Shown piece by piece: positions 13,201 to 26,218 of a DNA stretch of 64,000 bases. The position numbers were made by a program, and so were the translations under genes. The stretch comes from Octopus sinensis (lineage: Eukaryota), in the NCBI RefSeq assembly GCF_006345805.1, contig NC_043014.1, positions 46,872,001 to 46,936,000 on the forward strand, read 5' to 3'. Under the pieces are notes generated by a model. The model worked only from the letters and a program-made list of their open reading frames with translations. It ran no database searches and was not told where the DNA came from. The first letter of the stretch is position 1. Every line of letters begins with the position of its first letter.

Positions 13201-15246
13201 ACCCTTGCTTCCACCACATGTTAACCCCCACATTGTATCCCATCAACATGTTACCCCTCAGTGTATCCCATATAAACCCAGCAGTTTCTTATTTTTCATT
13301 CATTTTTGTTGTTTCATTGTTTCTTTTTTCTACTTTTGTTGAGTTATTTTGAGATTTTTTGATTATTTACTGTCTCCATAACAACCAAACACTTAGAGTG
13401 AGGAGAGCTCTATAGCAAGGGTCGTAACTCTCTAAAGACCTCATTTGGTTTCCGTCATTGTTTCAATATATTGCTCCATGTTTACAGCTGCCGTGCTTGA
13501 GAATCCCTACTCTATATTCCATCGCCATGTTTAGTCACTGCTTCATTAACAACTGCTACATGTTTTATCAAATATGCTTGCTCTCTGCTGTGCTACATGC
13601 ATGTTCAACTCCACAAGCATGTACTTCAGCCCTTCATCATCTTCATTATGTCAACATGTATGCTTTATGCTTGTCTTATACAAATCATCTCATCAACCAT
13701 CAACAGTCCCATATTTAACTTCCTTGCTACATGTTCAGCCTCCTTGCTACATGTTCAGCCCCTTGCTACATGTTCAGCCTCCTTGCTTCCTGTCTCACCT
13801 CATTGCTCCATGTTTCACATCATGGCTCCATATTTCACCTTACCTGTTCTATGTCTGATGCTACAACCCTGCTGATCTGCTCAATATGGCCTGTTGTGTT
13901 CAAGCTTGTTTATTTACATTGCATTTTCTCCCCCTTTTAACTCTGTCTTATCCATGTTCTTACCCCGTAAATAGTTCCAGCCAATAGGCTGTAGCAATAC
14001 TGGAACACCAGAATCAACAGCTTTTGTTGTTGATGGTATCTTAAGTAATGCAGAAAGAAGGAACTGCTTCCTCGCTATAATACAGGTTCATGTGGGACCT
14101 TACATAATAAAATGTCTGCTTCCTTTGGGCTTTAGCTGTGGACCTTTCAATCCCAATTTATTGTAGTGTTTTGTCCTAGCTCTGGACAGAGAGCTTGAGA
14201 TATCTTTAACCATTTTTTTCTCCTTCTCGCATCAAATAAGTTCCATATTCATATAACATGTTTAACCATCTCTGCCACATGTATAAAAAATATCTGCTCT
14301 TTTATTACTTATCAACCATCTCTGCTGCATGTGTAAAAATGCCTGCTTCCTCTTTAATTATCAATCATCCCTGGATCATGTATAAATATACCTGCTCTTT
14401 TATTATCCATCTCTGTCATATGTTTAATCCCAACTTACTTCACTATTTGGTCTACATGTTACTAGACCTACATCATGTTCCATCATGTTTAACTTGCTTC
14501 TTCTCTATGCTTCAACACATCCAACTACATTCTCCACTAAATCTGCTAATAGCCTGTTCCATGTTTATTCACAACTCAATCCATGATTAACAATACCATG
14601 CTTCAATTTGTCCATGTTTAAATTGTTGCTAAAGTGTAACTGCTTTTCCATGTTCTGTCACATGGTTTTTTTTTTTTTATCGTCACCGCCCCAACCCCTT
14701 TCTACTGTCAATGTTTACCCATGTTCAGCTACATGTTCAGCTCCTTCTTAGTGCTTAACTGACTTAGTTCTATAATATTTATATGCTACCCTTGTATATA
14801 CAATATTCTGCTTCATGTTTGACAATGTTTTCTACATATATTTAACCATGTAAGCTTTTTATTTGACTGTGCCTACTTCATGTATAACCCTGCAATTTTC
14901 TATGCTCCAAACATATCTGCTTCATGTATAATGATGTTGTGTGTTGTATTTAACTATGACAGCTTACTTGCTTCAGAACACTTGCTTTCTCTTTTATCCA
15001 TGAGTAAGATGGACTTACTTGCAAGAGAGTTACATCATATTGCAATTTGAATGAAATCGTATTTACATTTTGTGACAGGATTGCCTTCATGTAATATGAC
15101 ACACCATCATGTTTTTGTAACAATGCACTCGTCATATTTTGTTACAAACAATGTTTTGTGACAAAGATATGTATATATATATATATATATATACGTTTAA
15201 ATATTTGTTGTGCAAGATTTTTTATGTGAAGTCATGTGTTGAAACA

Positions 15247-15671
15247 GATATTGTTATATTTCGGAATGATCATATTGCCAGTTTAGCCAATAAAAACACA
15301 CGCACTATATATTTGGTGTTATTTTGCTTCAGTGATATTTATTTTTTGCATTAATCTTAATCTTATTTCGGCCAAAGTTCTTTCGTCACACTCCTGTGAC
15401 CGCATCAGTGGTCCTTTGTTTTCTTCTCACTTATTTGTGTCTCTCCTTACTAACTAATGGCTGACGGTTAGTAAGGAGAGACACAAATAAGTGAGAAAAC
15501 AAAGGACCACTGATGCGGTCACAGGAGTGTGACGAAAGAACTTTGGCCGAAATAAGATTAAGATTAATGTAAAAAATAAATATCACTGAAGCAAAATAAC
15601 ACCAAATATATAGTGCGTGTGTTTTTATTGGCTAAACTGGCAATATGACCATTCCGAAATATAACAATATC
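15247..15671. repeat. Near-perfect 425-bp hairpin
   Basis: Arms 15247-15454 and 15467-15671, 12-nt loop taatggctgacg; two substitutions and one small indel seen. Confidence 0.95.
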
Positions 15672-15682
15672 ATCATCATCAT

Positions 15683-15786
<104 letters not shown>

Positions 15787-15904
15787 GTATATGTATATGT
15801 ATGTATATATAAATATATATATATGTGTATATGTGTATATATATATATATATGTAACATGGTTGACTCTATTATGTTTTATGACACGATTAAATTGTTTT
15901 AAGA

Positions 15905-16115
15905 CAACAAGCTGGCAGAAATGTTAGCACACCAGGTGAAATGCTTAGCGGTATTTCGTCTGTCTTTACATTCTGAGTTCAAATTACACCAAGGTCGACT
16001 TTGCCTTTCATCCTTGCGGGGTTGATAAATTAAGTACCAGTTGCATACTGGGGTTGATCTAATCAACTGGCCCCCACCTCCCCAAAAATTTCAGGCCTTG
16101 TGCCTAGAGTAGAAA
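15905..16115 (+). mobile_element. SINE family B variant
   Basis: Family B head and cctttcatcc...ggggttgataaattaagtaccag core with a different tail. Confidence 0.75.
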
Positions 16116-16516
16116 AAAAAAAGATTAAGTTGTTTTACTATAAAAGAAACTATATTTTACAAGGTGATGTTTTTTTACATGTTTGTTATACAGCTGTTTC
16201 ATAGTAACATTGTTCACTTTTTTGGTGACAGGGCAGCATTTATATTTTGTGGCAAGACAGATTTTCTATTGTCTAAAAGTTTTATCGCTAAATTGTCTGG
16301 CCCAGCTTTTTAATATATTGTACAATAAGTTAACATAGGTGCAGGTATGGCTGTGAGGTAAGAAGTTTGCTTCCCAACCATGTGGTTACAGGTTCAGTCC
16401 CATTGTGTGGAACCTTGAGCAAGTGTCTTTTACTATAGCCCCAGGACAACCAAAACCTTATGAAAGAATTTGGTAGGCAGCAACTGAGAAAAGTCTGTCG
16501 TATATATATAAATATA

Positions 16517-16560
16517 CTAGCTGGCCCTGTGCCATCAAAAATGACGGCTAATTGTAGTAT
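16517..16560 (-). mobile_element. Helitron-like 3' end (different family)
   Basis: Hairpin gccatcaaaaatgacggc 10 bp from a terminal CTAG, next to a TA tract. Confidence 0.5.
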
Positions 16561-16640
16561 TTTATATATAAATATGGCTGGTAATTTAAATTCATACGCT
16601 TGTCAATGTTATCCAGTGGTTGTCTTTTGAGAGTGGGCAT

Positions 16641-17064
16641 CTCTTTACTCTCTCTCTCTTTTACTCTTTTCAGTCATTTGATTGCAGCCATGCTGGAGCA
16701 CCACCTTTAATCGAGCAAATCGACCCCGGGACTTATTCTTTTGTAAGCCCAGTACTTATTTTATCGGTCTCATTTGCTGAACCACTAATGTAACGGGGAC
16801 ATAAACACACCAGCATTAGTTGTCGAGCAATGCGAGGGGGACAAACGCAGACACACAAACACACACATGCATATATATATATATATATATACATATATAC
16901 GACGGGCTTCTTTTCAGTTTCCGTCTACCAAATCCACTCACAAGGCTTTGGTCGGCCCAAGGCTATAGTAGAAGACACTTGCCTAAGGTGCCATGCAGTG
17001 GGACTGAACTCGGAACCATATGGTTGGTAAACAAGCTACTTACCACACAGCCACTCCTGCACCT
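16641..17064 (-). mobile_element. SINE family A
   Basis: Reverse complement of the family A consensus. Confidence 0.85.
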
Positions 17065-17517
17065 CATTTCTTACTGAAAGAACGCTAGTTCCCACATACA
17101 AACATTCACATACTTATCTTTTACACACACATACACACATATACTCACACAGAGCTGAAACACTCCCACTACCAGTCTGCCATTACCTCTTCCTTCTTTA
17201 TTCATCTATCACCCCTTCCTTTCTCATTCATGTGTTGTGACGGAGAAAAACACAAGAGTGCTATTATAGTCGATATCTGTGCGTGCATCTTTGTATTAGT
17301 CCCTCACCATCACTTGACAATGGGTGCTGGTTTGTTTACATCCCTGTAACTCAGTAGTCTGAGAAAAAGTGACCACTAGAATAAGTACCAGGCTTTAAAA
17401 AAATAAATATATACTTGGATTGATCTGTTTGACCAAACCTAGCACGGCCGTAGTCCAATGACTGAAACGAGTAAAAGGTAGAAGATGAAGGATTAACTAT
17501 TCCAACATAGTTATGTA

Positions 17518-17740
17518 TTTCTTTACTACCCACAAGGGGCTAAACATAGAAGGGACAAACAAGGACAGACAAACGGATTAAGTGGATTACATCGACCCCA
17601 GTGCGTAACTGGTACTTAATTAATCGACCCCGAAAGGATGAAAGCCAAAGTCGACTTCGGCGGAATTTGAACCTAGAACGTAACGGCAGACGAAATACAG
17701 CTACGCATTTCGCCCGGCATGCTAACATTTCTGCCAGCTC
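17518..17740 (-). mobile_element. SINE family B
   Basis: Reverse complement of the family B consensus. Confidence 0.85.
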
Positions 17741-18178
17741 ACCGACATGGTTATGGTTATTGTATCAGAGGTGTCCCTCTCTTAATCTGTAACAAGATTG
17801 TTCATTAACACTGTGATTGTGACAGGTGTTTAGCTAGATGTTTGTGAAGAGACAAGACATATTAGAGAGAGAGGTGGGGAGAGCGAGAGATGTTACTGTC
17901 AATGGCCTCTGACTGACAGTACAACATTGGTTTTATGTTCCCTCACTGAATGAAACACGTTAGGTTGAGGGAAGGAGGGAGTGAGTGGTGAAAGATGGAT
18001 CAAAGATGTATTTGGTAATAGTTTAAGTAAGAACTGAAAGTATTAGAACATTGACTGACAGCAGAAGAGATGAGGGAAGAATGGGATACATGAAAACATG
18101 TTGGGTTACAAAGCCATTTAGCCCTTCATGTCATGAAAATACTGACAAGAAAAATGTGTTGCTATTGATGATGATAAT

Positions 18179-18544
18179 GTCGTCGTCGTCAAAGTCGTCA
18201 TCAAAGTCGTCATCGTCAAAGTCATCAAAGTCGTCAAAGTCATCAAAGTCGTCAAAGTCATCAAAGTCATCAAAGTCGTCAAAGTCGTCGTCGTCAAAGT
18301 CGTCGTCGTCAAAGTCGTCGTCGTCAAAGTCGTCGTCGTCAAAGTCGTCGTCGTCAAAGTCGTCGTCGTCAAAGTCGTCGTCGTCAAAGTCGTCGTCGTC
18401 AAAGTCGTCGTCGTCAAAGTCGTCGTTGTCGTCAAAGTCGTCGTCGTCAAAGTCGTCGTCGTCAAAGTCGTCGTCGTCAAAGCCGTCAAAATCATCATCA
18501 AAGTTGTCAAAGTCGTCGTCAAAGTCATCATCGTCGTTGTTGTT
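18179..18544. repeat. CpG-rich compound minisatellite, core (GTCGTCGTCGTCAAA)n
   Basis: 15-bp unit in the centre, 9-bp variants at the edges. Confidence 0.95.
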
Positions 18545-18624
18545 TGGCCACAGGTCAACCATGATTAAATAGACACACCTAACCAGTTTGAATATAAAAC
18601 ATGTAGAATATTTGGGCCGGATAT

Positions 18625-18823
18625 CACCTTGACTGACCAGTCCGTCAGGCGTCCATTTGACACCGCTGGTCACAGCACGCTGTCCACTCCTCTCTGGATC
18701 GCACCTTTCTCATCCAGGTGATCCCAATCGTCCTCCTGAAATTGTAACTCCACCGTCGTGGAGGTCTTCCGGGTGATCTTTTCCGCTCACGCGGGTACCA
18801 CTCGACAACTGCATGCATCCACC
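18625..18823 (-). mobile_element. RTE-clade LINE 3' fragment with 5-bp TSD
   Basis: Minus translation HAVVEWYPRERKRSPGRPPRRWSYNFRRTIGITWMRKVRSREEWTACC; flanked by gatat at 18620-18624 and 18824-18828 inside a MITE. Confidence 0.82.
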
Positions 18824-19281
18824 GATATGGCCGGTTTAAACACTAAATGGTTAATGTAGTTCTCAGGGAGATCCAGCATACTGGACCTTTGAATTATAAG
18901 TACAATCCATTTTTGCCAACTGAGTGGAGTGGAGCAACATGAAATGAAGTGTCTTGCTCAAGGACACAACACGTCACCAGGGATTGAACTCACGACCTTG
19001 CAATTGTGAGCCAAATACCCTAACCACTAAGCCATGCACCTTCACAATGACCACATAAAAAATCTTCTCTAATTGATTTGTGGTGATGATGGCAATGGCG
19101 GTGGTGACAGCAAGGACAATGGTGATGATGATGAAAGTGATGGTGACGGTGACAATGAAGACACAGCCTCTTCTCCTCTTACCCCACCTCCAATCAAATG
19201 TAGCAATAATCAATCATTGATTTATTGATATTGTCATTAACCCTTTAGTCTTCAGATTACTCTGTCAAATGTAATGCTTAT

Positions 19282-19479
19282 TGTGACAGTTGCATTGGGT
19301 TGCTGATTTGGTATCCTGATATGTATATAGAACTCTCAAAGGAAGTCTTGTGCAACCACGTGGAAATCATGACGGGAGAATGCTACTAAGAACAGTACAG
19401 TGTGCTTCCCGAAAAGTTGAGCTGTGTAACTTGCAGTTCCGAACATTCAACATTTGTCCTACAAGAGTGAAACACAACA
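19282..19479. mobile_element. Solo LTR (198 bp)
   Basis: TGT...ACA termini with exact 5-bp TSD cttat (19277-19281, 19480-19484); removing it restores the host MITE sequence gcttatttattc seen in other copies. Confidence 0.75.
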
Positions 19480-19492
19480 CTTATTTATTCAT

Positions 19493-19667
19493 AGGCGTAG
19501 GAGTGGCTGTGTGGTAAGTTGCTTGCTTACGAGCCACATGGTTCCGGGTTCAGTCCCACTGCGTGGCACCTTGGGCAAGTATCTTCTACTATAGCCTCAG
19601 GCCAACCAAAGCCTTGTGAGTGGATTTGGTAGACGGAAACTGAAAGAAACCCATCATATATATGTAT

Positions 19668-19703
<36 letters not shown>

Positions 19704-19910
19704 ATATGTTTGCGTGTCTGTGTTTGTCCCACCAACATCGCTTGACAACCGATGCTGATGTGTTTACGTTCATGTAACTTAGCATTTCGGTAAAAGGAGC
19801 CTGATAGAATAAGTACTAGGCTTACAATAAGTCCTGGGGTCGATTTGCTCGACTAAAGGTGGTGCTCCAGCATGGCCGCAGTCAAATGACAGAAACAAGT
19901 GAAAGAGAAT
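19493..19910 (+). mobile_element. SINE family A
   Basis: Full-length copy inside a MITE. Confidence 0.85.
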
Positions 19911-20653
19911 ATTGTTTAGAATTCATCATGCATTATCTCATGGCTTTGAGATTTTGATGACGATTGTTTATTTTTAGAATGACATTGTAGATGATGTGTG
20001 AGAGGCAAGATCCAGATGGTTTTGAACATAAAGCACATAGGATATTCTGGCTGGATATGGCCAGTTTAAATGCTAAAGAGTTAACTGCTGCTGCAGAACT
20101 GGTGTAGAAAGAACTAAGTTTGTGGTTTAAAGTTCAAATCCTTTTGAGGTCAACTTCACTTTACCACAGTCTGGGGCTGATAAACTATATTCTAATATAA
20201 ATTAAATGGAAACTATTCATTATTTCATTCTGCTCTTCTTTATACTCTCATTCCTTATGCTAAACTAGAAATATAGCTTAGCCCTTAATAGGGCCTCTGT
20301 TGATGCCGGAAAGGTTAGCTATTCTGCTGGGGGCTTTTAATCATTCTAGGAAGCTCCCACTCTCAACAGTTCATATTCTATAAATATACTTTCGGATGAA
20401 TTCCAATTCTCCTGCATCACTCATTTCCAGATTCAGACACTCAAACCCCAAACTCTAAAATAATTGTGAGATTTGAGACAATTTCAAAACACAACCCACT
20501 CCTGTTGTCCTGTGGTAACTATGGCAATAGATCTCACACCTACAGAATATTCTAGAATGGCCTGTCTGTCATGTACTCCCCATCACTGTTCTTCAAGACC
20601 TTCAGTCTGATGTTCCTTGCAACAAGGAGAGAAACCATGTGGGTCATGATTAA

Positions 20654-21213
20654 CCCTTTAGTATTCATATTATTCGATCAAATATAATACTTATTTATTC
20701 ACATTGTTTTAAATTAATCATAAATAATTTTATAGCTTCAAGAATTAGATGTTGTGGTTATTTACTTTTAGAATGACATTGTAGGGTAGGTGTAAGTGGG
20801 TCAGATTTAGTAATTTTGGACATAACTCCACCCATCTAACACCCGTGGACATATTTACAAAGTCAGAAAACAGCACAGCTCCCATTTTCACGCTGAGAGT
20901 TGCTGAAGCATGGAACAAACTGCCAGCATCAGTTGTTAGTTGTCGGAGCACTGCATCCTTCAAAACTTTCATGCTTCCTGAGATTTGCCAACACTACACC
21001 TGATTTTCTCCTCTCCATACACACGCAAGCATGTATCTAACTCATACACTGTTCGCTTTCCAGACATTTGTACATTACTGCATATGCTTTATACGCACTT
21101 TTGACTAGTTGTGGTGCACTTGAACACTGAATACAATAATTTCATTATTATATTATTATTATAAAGCTGGTGGAATATTTTGGCCAGATTTGGCCAGTTT
21201 AAATGCTAAAGGG
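20654..21213. mobile_element. piggyBac-type MITE interrupted by a CR1 fragment
   Basis: TTAA-ccctttag ... ctaaaggg-TTAA. Confidence 0.75.
20822..21160 (+). mobile_element. CR1-type LINE 3' end, nested in a piggyBac-type MITE
   Basis: Reverse-complement match to the 4808-5305 family (catctaacacccgtggacatatttacaaagtcagaaaacag...) with (att)n tail. Confidence 0.88.
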
Positions 21214-22429
21214 TTAAGATACTCCAGCAGAGCTACAGTATTCCTGTTACTGACAATACTCTTCTGGGGAGACCCTCATCACAACTGCAACTGCTCTATA
21301 CAAGATTTTGTCGGGCTTCATCTAGAAGTCAGGAGAATCAGCACACCCAGGTGCTGATAGAGTCCACCTAGCAACACCGTTGCACTCCACCTAACAAGAA
21401 CATCATATCAGACAACCACATCATCACAAGTAACAACAACAACAACAACTTCATCATCACAAGCAACAACAACAACATCACAGGCAACAACAGAGTTATT
21501 AGCAAACCTGTCCAATTTGTGCAACAAACAAATAAAATGGATGTAAAATTTTTTTTTAAAAAAAGGAAACAAAACAAGCGAATTGTTTCTGCTTTATTTT
21601 TACGAGTGTGTCTCATTTACTTGGTGCAGCTTTCAGCACATAATCTCTACATTAAAACAGAGTTAAGTATTATCACAGAAAACACCACCAGTTAAACTAC
21701 TTTCTTTAATTATCAGCAACTGTCTTGTCTTTTCCTTCTCGGTCAATCCTTCAGCATCTCACTTCTCTCTTTAATTATAAGCGACTGTTTTGTCATACTT
21801 TTTCTCCTCAGTCATCACCTCTTCCTCTTCTCCCTTCTTAGTTTTGTTTTCTTCTCCATCCTCCTTTTCTGTCTCTTCTACATGTCTTCCTCTTCTGTCT
21901 TCAGTCATTGATTTCCGCAGTCGTCATCACAGTCTGAATTCTTTCTGTAGATTTATGCTGTGTTCATCATAAATTGTCTATTATTCAGCAGAAACGAAAG
22001 TAGGGTTGCAAGGAAACAGACCAGGGGACCACAGAGATTTGCTGTATTCTCTCTACTATTTATCAAATAGGGAACGGTCAACAAGAGCTTAATGTAATAC
22101 ATTGTTAATACAGGGAAGGTCACAATAGAAAAACATTTGCCCTAATATCCAAACATCATACACATATATACAAAGACAGACATCTACATTTATGAAAAAC
22201 AGTGACATGACAAGTAGCTGTAATCTATGTTGTACTTCTATCTATATAATAGCATATTTTATTTAAGTAGTTTTATACTGATAGCAGTATATATTTATGA
22301 GTTATCACATGTTAGCAATATTGACATGATATATGATCGAGATATGACATGTTTCCAATACTGTGTACTCTTTCTATATAATATTTTGTTGTAGCATGCA
22401 ATGTTTAATAATCTATGTAATATTTTCAG

Positions 22430-22496
22430 GCTACAGCCCGAGAGCAGATTTTAAAGGAACAAGAAAGACGAAACACTTTGACAGTGTCGGAAGGAG
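22430..22496 (+). CDS. Nav2: Nav2-type channel exon, DI-DII cytoplasmic linker
   Basis: ttttcag acceptor, gtcagt donor. 67 bp = ATAREQILKEQERRNTLTVSEG plus 1 nt; the trailing G joins AT of the next exon to give Asp and an open frame into DII. Confidence 0.8.
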
Positions 22497-22755
22497 GTCA
22501 GTTGATGTATCTCATATATGTGTGTGTGTCTATATATGTCTGTATGTCTATGTGTGCGTGTGTCTACATATATGTGTCTGTGTGTGTCTATATGTGTGTG
22601 TGCATGTTTGTGTGTGTCTGTGTATAAGTGTGTGTCTCTATATATGTGTGTGTGTCTATATATATCAGTGTCTATGTGTGTGTGTGTGTGTCGATATATA
22701 TAGGTGTCTATGTGTGTGTGTGTGTGTAAAAGAAAATATGAAGTTGGAATATACA

Positions 22756-22873
22756 TTGATACTATTTATACCCCATTACACGTATTTCATTTGCTACTTG
22801 GAATTACAGAGTCTATATGTTAGATAGACATGGAAGGAATTTCCTATCAGAAATTCCTCGGATAGAAATTAAA
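22756..22873 (+). repeat. Direct repeat copy 1 (copy 2 at 25209-25326)
   Basis: ttgatactatttata...cagaaattcctcggatagaaattaaa with a few substitutions; homology resumes at 23288-23325 versus 25357-25395. Confidence 0.9.
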
Positions 22874-23005
22874 TTATATATATATATATATAATTATGTA
22901 TATATAAACATATATACACACACACACATATATATATATATATATTATATATATAGTGTGTGTATATATATATATATATTATATATATATATATATATAT
23001 ACTCC

Positions 23006-23258
23006 TGTGTCTGGCAAGAGTCATTTTCTTTTTGTGCCTTATAATTTAACACACTCACAGGTAAAATTTCCACTTATTCCTTATTTTTATTTTCCTAAAA
23101 TTTTCATTGCGTCTTGCAACCTTTTCAAATAGTCTTGCTAAAGGCTGCAAGATGCAACGAAAATTTTAGGAAAATAAAAATAAGGAATAAGTGGAAATTT
23201 TACCGGTGAGTGCGTTAAATTATAAGGCACAAAAAGAAAATGACTCTCCCGAAACACA
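23006..23258. repeat. Fold-back palindrome (MITE-like)
   Basis: gagtcattttctttttgtgccttataatttaac mirrors gttaaattataaggcacaaaaagaaaatgactc. Confidence 0.88.
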
Positions 23259-23338
23259 AACGAATATGCTTCAACACACAAACTCAAATAAAGGATCTTG
23301 CAAACCAAATCCAAAAATGAAATATATATATATACATA

Positions 23339-23369
<31 letters not shown>

Positions 23370-24264
23370 TACAAAGTGAGATAGGGGTTATGAGTGTAAC
23401 CCACTATGGGATATCATATATCCAATATACCAATATGAATTGGTATTATCTGGAAGTTGATGATTGAAAGAAATCTATTCCTCCATTTTCTTATTTTGTA
23501 TATATATATATACAAGATATATATATACTTCACTAGCAGTATATTGGATATATGTTATCCCATGGAGGGTTGCATTTACAACCCCTATCTCAATTTGTAT
23601 ATATATATATATATCTTACTCTAATAATATTTATGTTTTCATAATAAATATAATTACATTTATCTGTAAATATAATAAAATTTTCTTAAAGGCAGCCTTA
23701 TTAGATTTCTGTTCATTCAATGTTGTATACTTCAAATGAGAAAGGTTTTCTAAGCCCTTGGTCTAGAACCTTCTTCTCTTGTCTAAAAGAAGCCATTGAC
23801 TGTTACAGTCACGGCAAAACTAAAACTATTTGAAGACAGGCGGAAATGAAAACAACTGACTTCAATATTTTCATTGATTGGTGATAAACAGAAAAAAGCA
23901 GACTTAGATGGAAGAGTGGAATAAATGGGGGGTGGGGTGGAGGAGGAGTAGTTGTGGTTATTTTGAGGTTTAGTCTGTTCAGAATATTGAAACCAAAAAA
24001 TATAGAGCAACTACTCATGAGAAATCTTTATAAGATATTCTTATTTTTAAACTAACATTTTTTTAGAAATTTCCAACAAAGAAATATTTCAGACTGATAT
24101 TGTTGGCAGCAGCGGAAGGAACAGAGAATGGAGAAGTATTAAATTACAAATATATGCACTTGAAACGACTTCAGATTAAAATACTGGTGGTCTAAAATTT
24201 ACAATGTGTATACAAATGTGGAACAGCACTAGCTTTAATATCTTGTCAGAGAAACTTCTCCAAG

Positions 24265-24912
24265 AGACTTACTCTTTTACTCTTTTACTTGTTTCAGTCA
24301 TTTTGACTGCGGCCATGCTGGAGCACCGCCTTTAATCGAGCAACTCGACCCCGGGACTTATTCTTTTGTAAGCCCAGTACTTATTCTATCGGTCTCTTTT
24401 GCCGAACCGCTAAGTGACGGGGACATAGACACACCAGCATCGGTTGTCAAGCAATGCTAGGGAGACAAACACACACACACGCATATATATATATACATAT
24501 ATACAACAGGCTTCTTTCAGTTTCCGTCTACCAAATCCACTCACTAGGCTTTGGTCGGCCTGAGGCTATAGTGAGGCGGCGAGCTGGCAGAAACGTTAGC
24601 ACGCCGGGCGAAATGCGTAGCCATATTTTGTCTGCCGTTACGTTATGAGTTCAAATTCCGCCGAGGTCGACTTAACCTTTCATCCTTTTGGGGTCGATTA
24701 AATAAGTACCAGTTATGCACTGAGGTCGATATAATCGACTTAATCCGTTTGTCTGTCCTTGTTTGTCCCCTCTGTGTTTAGCCCCTTGTGGGTAGTAAAA
24801 GAAATTGAGGCTATAGTAGAAGACACTTGCTCAAGGTGCCACGCAGTGGGACTGAACCCGGAACCATGTGGTTGGTAAACAAGCTACTTACCACACAGCC
24901 ACTCCTGCACCT
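24265..24912 (-). mobile_element. SINE family A split by a family B insertion
   Basis: Family A on the minus strand; family B inserted at 24573-24805 between tgaggctatagt direct repeats. Confidence 0.85.
24573..24805 (+). mobile_element. tRNA-derived SINE family B with 12-bp TSD
   Basis: Head ggcggcgagctggcagaaacgttagc...gagttcaaattcc; TSD tgaggctatagt at 24561-24572 and 24806-24817. Confidence 0.88.
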
Positions 24913-26218
24913 ATGTATGTTAAAAACACAGGACTTTGCTCAAAGAGACATACAGGTCTTTGCTCAGACTGCTGGTGAATCTAAATGAAGTCCTTGTGTT
25001 TTTAACACAAAATTCCTTTTGGGAAGTTTCTCAGAAATAGAATATTACAACTACTGTTGTTCCACATTTGTATGCATATAATGAATGTTCTACACATTGG
25101 TATAATTGTTTCCCATTTTGTTTATAAATATAGATATATAATAATGAAATAAATATGTATATATAATAATGAAATTATTGTATACAGTGCTCAGGTGCAT
25201 CACAACTATTGATACTATTTATACACCATTACATGTATTTCATTTGCTACTAGGAATTACAGAGTTTATATGTTAGATAGACATGGAAGGAATTTCCTAT
25301 CAGAAATTCCTCGGATAGAAATTAAATAATATATAAATAAATATATATATATATACATAAAGAATCTTGCAAACCAAATCCAAAAACGAAATATATATAT
25401 ATATATATCTTTACATCGCTGCATGTCTTTACTTATGGAAGGACTGGCAGTGGCTTTGCCATTTTATGGGGTCAACCATGACTGGTTGTGTGAATGTAGA
25501 AGGGAAGAGGTTATCATCACCAAACGTATGGCCTCAATACTTGCAACAAAATGGACCTTCCTAACAATTCCAAAGAGTATTCAGGTGCTGGTAATATTAA
25601 ACAAGGAGATGGATTAAGTCTACAAGCCATCAATAGAAACTCTTCTCTCTGATCCACTTCCACAGTTTTTGTCAACCAAATTTCGCTGACCCAGACTTTG
25701 GTGAAGGACACTGGTGCTGTGTAGACTAGAAACCATGTTAGGTCAGAACAAACATCTTAACTATATAACTATGCCTGTACCCATTTCTTATATAGGCCCA
25801 AGGCCTCGTTTTAATCAAAGAGGAGAAATGAGATTATATGATGTTCGTGATTTTCTGAAGTGACACATAAAGGGTCATTTTATTGCAGACCCATCCATCA
25901 TCATTGTTTAGCGTCCGCTTTCTATGCTAGCATGGGTTGGACTGTTCAACTGGGGTCTGAGAAGCCAGAAGGCTGCACCAGGCCCAGTCTGATCTGGCAA
26001 TGTTTCTATGGCTGGATGCCCTTCCTAACGCCCAAGCCATACTAAATTTAAAGGGATGACCTCTAAAATAACAACTCCCTCTAGCACAACTAATTAATGT
26101 TATTTTGGACAAACTTTGTACATAAATACATGAAATCAATGACCTTATAATAACATACATATGTCCAGTGCCACCCATTGTTCGCTGACCTTTTCTTCTT
26201 CTTCTTTTTTCTCTACAG

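Larger units (their letters stand above)
19241..20080. mobile_element. piggyBac-type MITE interrupted by a solo LTR and a SINE
   Basis: TTAA-ccctttag start, ctaaagag-TTAA end; internal sequence matches 60928-61146 after removing the inserts. Confidence 0.75.

Noticed and set aside
12379-13342. Mucin- or extensin-like poly-Thr and poly-Pro ORFs (221 and 261 aa)
   Set aside because: Open in several frames on both strands because of the (CAC)n tract; no splice signals or unique coding sequence.
18051-18673. Ser/Lys-rich and Asp/Phe-rich ORFs resembling biomineralisation proteins
   Set aside because: Overlapping ORFs on both strands arise from the 15-bp minisatellite; no exon boundaries.
21790-21920. 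Acidic 45-aa minus ORF MTEDRRGRHVEETEKEDGEE...
   Set aside because: Low-complexity purine-rich tract with stops immediately upstream and no splice sites.
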